Part shown: piece by piece, positions 57,854-64,000 of the stretch
Position numbering within the stretch: position 1 is the stretch's first letter
Layout: the number at the start of each line of letters is the position of its first letter
From: the human T2T-CHM13v2.0 reference genome, Homo sapiens
Assembly (NCBI RefSeq): GCF_009914755.1
Contig: NC_060936.1
Reading direction: 5' to 3' (one strand)
Length of the DNA: 64,000 bases
Notes under the pieces: generated by a model
Seen by the model: only the letters and a program-made list of their open reading frames with translations
What the model was told of the DNA's origin: nothing
Database searches by the model: none
Program-made: the position numbers and the translations under genes

Positions 57854-58083
57854 TTACCCTGGTTCAATAAATCTAAAATTGTTTCACTATCACTAATATT
57901 CTAATGAGCATTTTGATACCCACAGATTTTTTTTCCTCCATTATCTGGATTATTTCCTCAGCATAAGTACCTAGAAGAATTACATAATTAGTGGCATAAG
58001 TAATGGGAATTAAATTTTTATTACTTTTGATATGTATCGTAAATTGCATTCCAAAAGCTTTTACTGTGCTACCCCAAATAAAT

Positions 58084-58118
58084 TTTTATAGCAGGATACT
58101 GGGTATCCTGCTATAAAA
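58084..58118. repeat. Perfect inverted repeat, 16-bp arms, 3-nt loop
   Basis: TTTTATAGCAGGATAC-TGG-GTATCCTGCTATAAAA. Confidence 0.95.
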
Positions 58119-58240
58119 TTTTTACAATTTTTATTTTAGATTCAGGAGGTACATACACAGGTTTGTTCCCTGACTATACTGTGTGTTGCTGAGGTTTACT
58201 GTGAATGATCCCGTCACCCAGATACTGAGCATAGTGCTGG
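58119..58240 (-). mobile_element. Short L1 3'-end fragment
   Basis: T-rich tail followed by TTTAGATTCAGGAGGTACAT...CAGGTTTGTT, typical of L1PA/PB 3' ends. Confidence 0.65.
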
Positions 58241-59490
58241 TATATTTCCCAGTCAAAGATGGTCCTGTTTAAATATTGTTGATTTGGGAAGAGTAAGGTT
58301 AAATTTCAAAAAGAGAAGTTCTTGCCTATTTGGAAATACATACTGAAAACATTTAAGATGAAATGAAATGGTCTCAGAGATTTGTTCACAAATAATCTGG
58401 AAAGAATAGTGGGGTAGGGTTATAGAGGAAAAAAGATTGGCCTTGTTTTGATAATTTTTAAAGCTGAGTTATGGGTACATGGGAGTTTATTATATTATTG
58501 TCTCTACTTCTGTGTATGTTTGAACTTTTCTTATAACAAATAAAAAAGAAAGAAAAAGAAAAACGTGACCCTGTCTAAACCTCTGATGTTTAGTCGTTAG
58601 TGCTCTCTGAGGTTTTACATTTCTTCTTGCTGTCACTTTTCTTCACTGTCCAAACAGGGTTTTGCCATCATGCACAGTTTCCTTATCTGGGAGTGTGGAA
58701 ATAGGGTATAGGTAAAATCAGGAGCTTTTCAGAAGAAAATAACAGCTTCTAACTAGTTCTGAGTCTCCTTTAATTCAAATAAAAATCTGTGGCCTTTAAT
58801 TAAAACAAAAATTGATCATGATGTGATGATATACTTTCTGATATAAATTCATTTAAAAAATGTTTCTGACCAGAAAGAAGAATATTAAAGTCATTCATCA
58901 GCATTTATCAAGTGCTCACTGGTGAAGCCTCTACTGTGTCCCTTGAGGCATTTGAAAACGACAATGTTCCTTGCCCTCAAGACGATAACAGCCTGTTTGG
59001 AGACACACAGCAAATGCTCAGAGATATTTAGATACAACATAATTTATGAAGGAGTATAAGTACTATACATTAACCAGTATTAGATTCCACATTCATTCTT
59101 TCATAGATAGGTACTGAGTGCCTATATTAATATTAATGACATAGAAGGAAATGTTACTATCCATGTAAACTTCACACATTCACACAGGTATCATTTCATC
59201 CTTAATCCTTCTTAGAATTGATGTCTTTACTGCTTCTCTTCCACTCTGACTTAATCAGTCCTAGAAATTGTTAATTTTCTTCCTTCTCTGCTGTCTTCAG
59301 AGAAGGCACCAGGAAAGGTTCCTTCCAAATCACAAGGAACATGTCATGGGATCCTCTTATAACAAAGCTGTTTTTTTACTTTATTTTATTTATGGTTAGG
59401 ATTCAAGACTGACGGGCTAATTCAAATTCCTCCTACTACTGAGAAACAGAGTATTATATCAATACTAATAGAAATATCCACGTTGCTTAC

Positions 59491-59550
59491 CTTGCTGTGT
59501 TTCTGAGTTCCGTGGTCCTAGCAGTTGTTTAGGAGTATTGTTAAAGTGCT
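59491..59550 (-). other. SMCO3: Probable SMCO3 non-coding exon 1
   Basis: Strong donor CAAG|GTAAGC at 59490 in unique sequence upstream of the SMCO3 acceptor. 5' end approximate. Confidence 0.5.
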
Positions 59551-62050
59551 TTTTCATCTGGTTTCATCTGGATATTTCTGATGGAATGTGATGACTTACA
59601 GACTTTGCTAGTCTCTGCTGGGTCCCTCTGCCTGTCTGGTTTATAGGCTATTTCTACATGGCTTGGCCCTCAGAATTCCTTCATTTCCTATTAATAAAAA
59701 CTTAGTATACAGTATTAAGTTATATAAACTGGAAGACTAATAGTGTGTAAAACTTATTTTTAAATTTCTGTTCTTTAATGGACTTTTTATTGTTGAGAAG
59801 CGCTATATAACTGAGCTAATTCAATTTAGTAGAGAAGATGGCTCTTTGATTGCAGCTCTCAGATTTTGGGGTTTTATCTTGTCAACTATTCCAGATACTA
59901 AGTTTCTTTTAGCTTCTGTTGCATTTGCACCTCTAACTGTTGCTGATTATTTAAATTCTCAAGATATATAAATGCAGTTACTTGCATCCAATTTTTTTTT
60001 CTCTTCTTTCCAGCTAGGAGTTCTCCTCTTTGTCATTCTTTCTCTTCCTGTGTTTGTAAATTGTCTTGACAATATAAAAACCTTAAAGTCCAACTTCACT
60101 CTTTTCCCTGAAAGCTCAGATCAGTCTTCCCTGCTGCTTCTTCCCAGCTTCAGTCTTCAGACCCGTTAATTCCTCCACAGCAAAGACACCTGAGTGGCAG
60201 GGAAATCACTCAGCCCCAGTGTAACTTAGTGAAAGACAGCAGGCTTTACACTCAGACAGTCCTGGTTTTGTGTACTCCAAGTACCACTTACTAGTCATGT
60301 AATCCTAAGAAAGTCACTTAGCCTGAGTTTTCCCATTGGTGTAATATGAGTATTAGTTAATAATTTATGGATTAAATGGGATAGTGTTTATAAAGTAATT
60401 GGCATAGTGGCTGATATGTGGCAAAATCTTATGAAACGGTAGCTATTCATATATTAACAACAGTATCTCCTGGTGGAGGGGAGAGGAGAATGGGTGGGTA
60501 CAGGATACAGAATCAAAATGCCAGACAGGCAGACAGGAAACTTTAAAATCTAAAGATGCTGCCCTGTGATTCTAAAGAAGGGCTAAGTGGGGTCACTTTT
60601 CTACTTTTGTCCCAGTGGATCATCTTGCCCTTGATGTATCCAGGGCCCCACCACGTACGGATGTGTGGCCAGTGTATCTGAACTAGGTATGGATGTTAAG
60701 TAGGATTTTAATAGATGTTTGGGGAGGATGGTGGTATAGAGGAAATAATACAGATAGAGGGAACACTGAGAGCAAAGGAGCTGAACCAAAAATTGTAGAA
60801 CATTTTCAGGGAACAAAAACCAACCTGCTGGTGATACAGGGTGTAAGTGGGAGCAGTTAAGGGAAGGTAAGTCATGGAAAATTGAAAATAGTTTGTAGAT
60901 AGCCTTAGATGTCATGCTAGGAAATTGTATTTCATTCTGTAGATAATAATGAACCATTAAAAAATCCTTTTAATTATGGTGTAATATTTGGAGATTTGGA
61001 TTTCAGGAAGGGTACATTATGTAAACTTGATTAGTAGGTATGGACAATAAAGCATAAGTTACCAACCCCATTGCCTACAGTATGTGGACAAAATATGTCT
61101 GTCTTTTACCCTGTCTTAAAACAGTTGCATTTTGTTTCCGAAGAGGCTATTGTTGAAGAGTACCATTTAACCCACTTGTTCCTAAGGTGTTTGTTTCTCT
61201 CCTATTTCTACCCTTCTTAACATTTATTGCCTACTCATCCACTCCTTTCTCTCCTACCACATAGCAGCCTAAGTGGAGTTGCCAAAATTAAGGATAAACA
61301 GTAACAATGCAAAATAATTATCAGAGAAAAACTAGAAGCAATATTGACTTCATACTGAGCCCCCTAATCAACTTGAACTTCTTTTTTCTGCAATCAGTTT
61401 CTCAGGTTGAAAACTTGAACTTCTTAAATCTTTCTTGACTACTAAAGCCAGTATTAACGTCAAGTCAATAGTCAGAACTGAACCTTAGGAAGGAGGCACA
61501 TTTTCTTAGTGTAGATCTTGGAGTCAGGGTGGTTTTAGGGAATCAGGAAGGCTGATTTGACAAGTTTCACTGCTGGATTGACAGTGGTGGGAAATGAGAG
61601 TGAAAGCAATAATATCTCCAAACTTATCTGCATGTAGCTCTCACTTGATCGTCTTTTATTTAGAATGCTTTATTTTCCCTTTTATCCTAAAGCTCATCCC
61701 CTTCTTTTCCTAAAATCTCTGCTCAAAAACCATATATTACATGACCCTGAATAAACTGCCCGATTCAATTACGATTGTTTCAACAATTTGCCAGCACTTA
61801 TGAATGCTGCACTTAAAAAAAAATCAAGCAAACCTAAAAATAATCACCTTTTTGACCCAATAGCCTCCTTTATCTTTCTTCTTCACAGTTAGACTTCCCA
61901 GTTTGGTAGTGTACATGCATTGCCTCTACTTCATTTTCTCCATTAATTTTCCAGTATTTATAATCTAGCTTCTGTACATATTCCTGCCTCTTGCAAAATT
62001 GCTTTTCTAGCATTGTCAATGACATTGTAATGACTAAACATAAGAAATAA

Positions 62051-62440
<390 letters not shown>

Positions 62441-62685
62441 AATTTATCGTTTTTTCTTTAATGGATATGCTTTTGGTGTCATACATATCAAAGGACTAAT
62501 CAGCTAACCAAAAGTTACAAGATTTTCTTCTGTATTTTCTTCTGTTTTATGGTTTTATATTTTTCATGTCCCATTTTGAGTTAATTTATGTATGTGTATG
62601 GTATGACATAAAATCAAGGTTTATGTTTTTGCATATGGGTATCAGGCTTTTCCAGCACCATTCATTGAAAAACCCTAAACTTTCT

Positions 62686-63801
62686 TTTTTTGTTGTTGTT
62701 CTTTCTTTGTTTTTTGTTTTTATTTATTTCTTCCAAAACAAAAGGGAGGATACATGTGCAGAATGTGCAGGTTTGTTACACAGGTATACATGTGCCATGG
62801 TGGTTTGCTGCACCTATTGACCCATCCTTTAAGTTCCCTCCCCTCGCCCCCCACTCCTCAACTGGCCCTGGTGTGTGTTGTTCCCTTCTCTGTGTTCATG
62901 TGTTCTTATTGTTCAACTCCCACTTATGAGTGAGAACACGTGGTGTTTGGTTTTCTGTTCCTGTGTTAGTTTGCTGAGGATGATGGCTTCTGGCTTCATC
63001 CATGTCCCTGCAAAGGACATGATCTCATTCCTTTTTATGGCTGCATGGTATTCCATGGTGTATATGTAACACATTTTCTTTATGCAGTCTATCATTGATG
63101 GGCATTTGGGTTGGTTCCATGTCTTTGCTGTTGTAAATAGTGCTGCAATAAACATACATGTGCATGTGTCTTCATAGTAGCATGATTTATAATCCTTTGG
63201 GTATATACCCAATAATGGGATTGATGGGTCAAATAGTATTTCTGGTTCTATATCCTTGAGGAATTGCCATACTATCTTCCACAATGATTGAACTAATTTA
63301 CATTCCCACTAACAGGGTAAAAGCATTCCTATTTCTCCACACCCTTGCAAGCATCTGTTGTTTCCTGACTTTTTAATAATCTCCATTCTGACTGGCATGA
63401 GATGGTATCTCACTGTGGTTTTGATTTGCATTTCTCTGATGATCTGTGTTGTTGAGCTTTCTTTTTTATACATTTGTTGGTCGTGTAAAGATCTTCTTTT
63501 GAGAACTGTCTGTTCATATCCTTTGCCCATTTTTTGATAGGGTTGTAAATTTGTTTAAGTTCCTTGTAAATTCTAGATATTAGACCTTTATCATGTAGGT
63601 AGATTGCAAAAAATTTCTTTCATTCTGTAAGTTGCCTGTTCACTCTGATGATAATTTCTGTTGCTGCGCAGAAGCTCTTTAGTTTAATTAGATTCCATTT
63701 GTCAATTTTGGCTTTTGTTGCAATTGCTTTTGGCATTTTTGTCATGAAGTCTTTGCCCATGCCTATGTCCTGAATGGTATTGCCTAGGTTTTCTTCTAGG
63801 G
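62686..63801 (-). mobile_element. 5'-truncated L1PA (ORF2 C-terminus and 3' UTR)
   Basis: ORF2-like peptides (LLGIYPKDYKSCYYEDTCTCMFIAALFTTAKTWNQPKCPS; [16 protein letters not shown]); TSD GAAAA..CCTAAACTTTCT. Confidence 0.92.
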
Positions 63802-63861
63802 TGAAAACACCTAAACTTTCTATGTTAAATTGCCTTTGCATCTTTGTTAAAAATCAGTTGA

Positions 63862-64000
63862 CCGGCCAGGCACAGTGGCTTATGCCTGTAATCCCAGCAC
63901 TTTGGGAGGCTGAGGCAGGCAGATCATGAGGTCAGGAGATGGAGACCATCCTGGCCAACTTGGTGAAACCTCTTCTCTACTAAAATACAAAAAATTTAGC
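63862..64000 (+). mobile_element. Alu (partial, runs off the window)
   Basis: Alu left arm. Confidence 0.9.

Overview
Mammalian, almost certainly human, genomic DNA rich in Alu, L1 and LTR repeats. Gene content identifies it as the HIST4 locus on 12p12-13. It contains a single replication-dependent histone H4 gene (H4C16/HIST4H4, minus strand, with canonical stem-loop and U7-binding element) and the polyadenylated variant H2AJ (plus strand). It also contains the complete 12-exon WBP11 gene (minus; I reconstructed 11 coding exons totalling 1926 nt = 641 aa + stop), a bidirectional CpG-island promoter shared with a probable C12orf60 first exon, and SMCO3 (minus, 225 aa, single coding exon). The most notable signal not explained by these genes is a set of histone-gene fossils around H4C16: (i) a heavily decayed, inverted, DNA-level duplicate of H2AJ at about 15125-15835, including promoter, coding region, stem-loop relic and poly(A) region; (ii) an H2B-type octamer/TATA promoter relic facing away from H2AJ; (iii) additional degenerate histone stem-loops. 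Together these suggest the remnant of a larger histone cluster. Other observations include a perfect 34-bp hairpin, a 164-bp intronic direct repeat in WBP11, uORFs in the WBP11 leader, a full-length THE1 provirus and an LTR10-like solo LTR with a p53-like site. All alignments were done by eye, and repeat subfamily names come from recognition rather than a database search.
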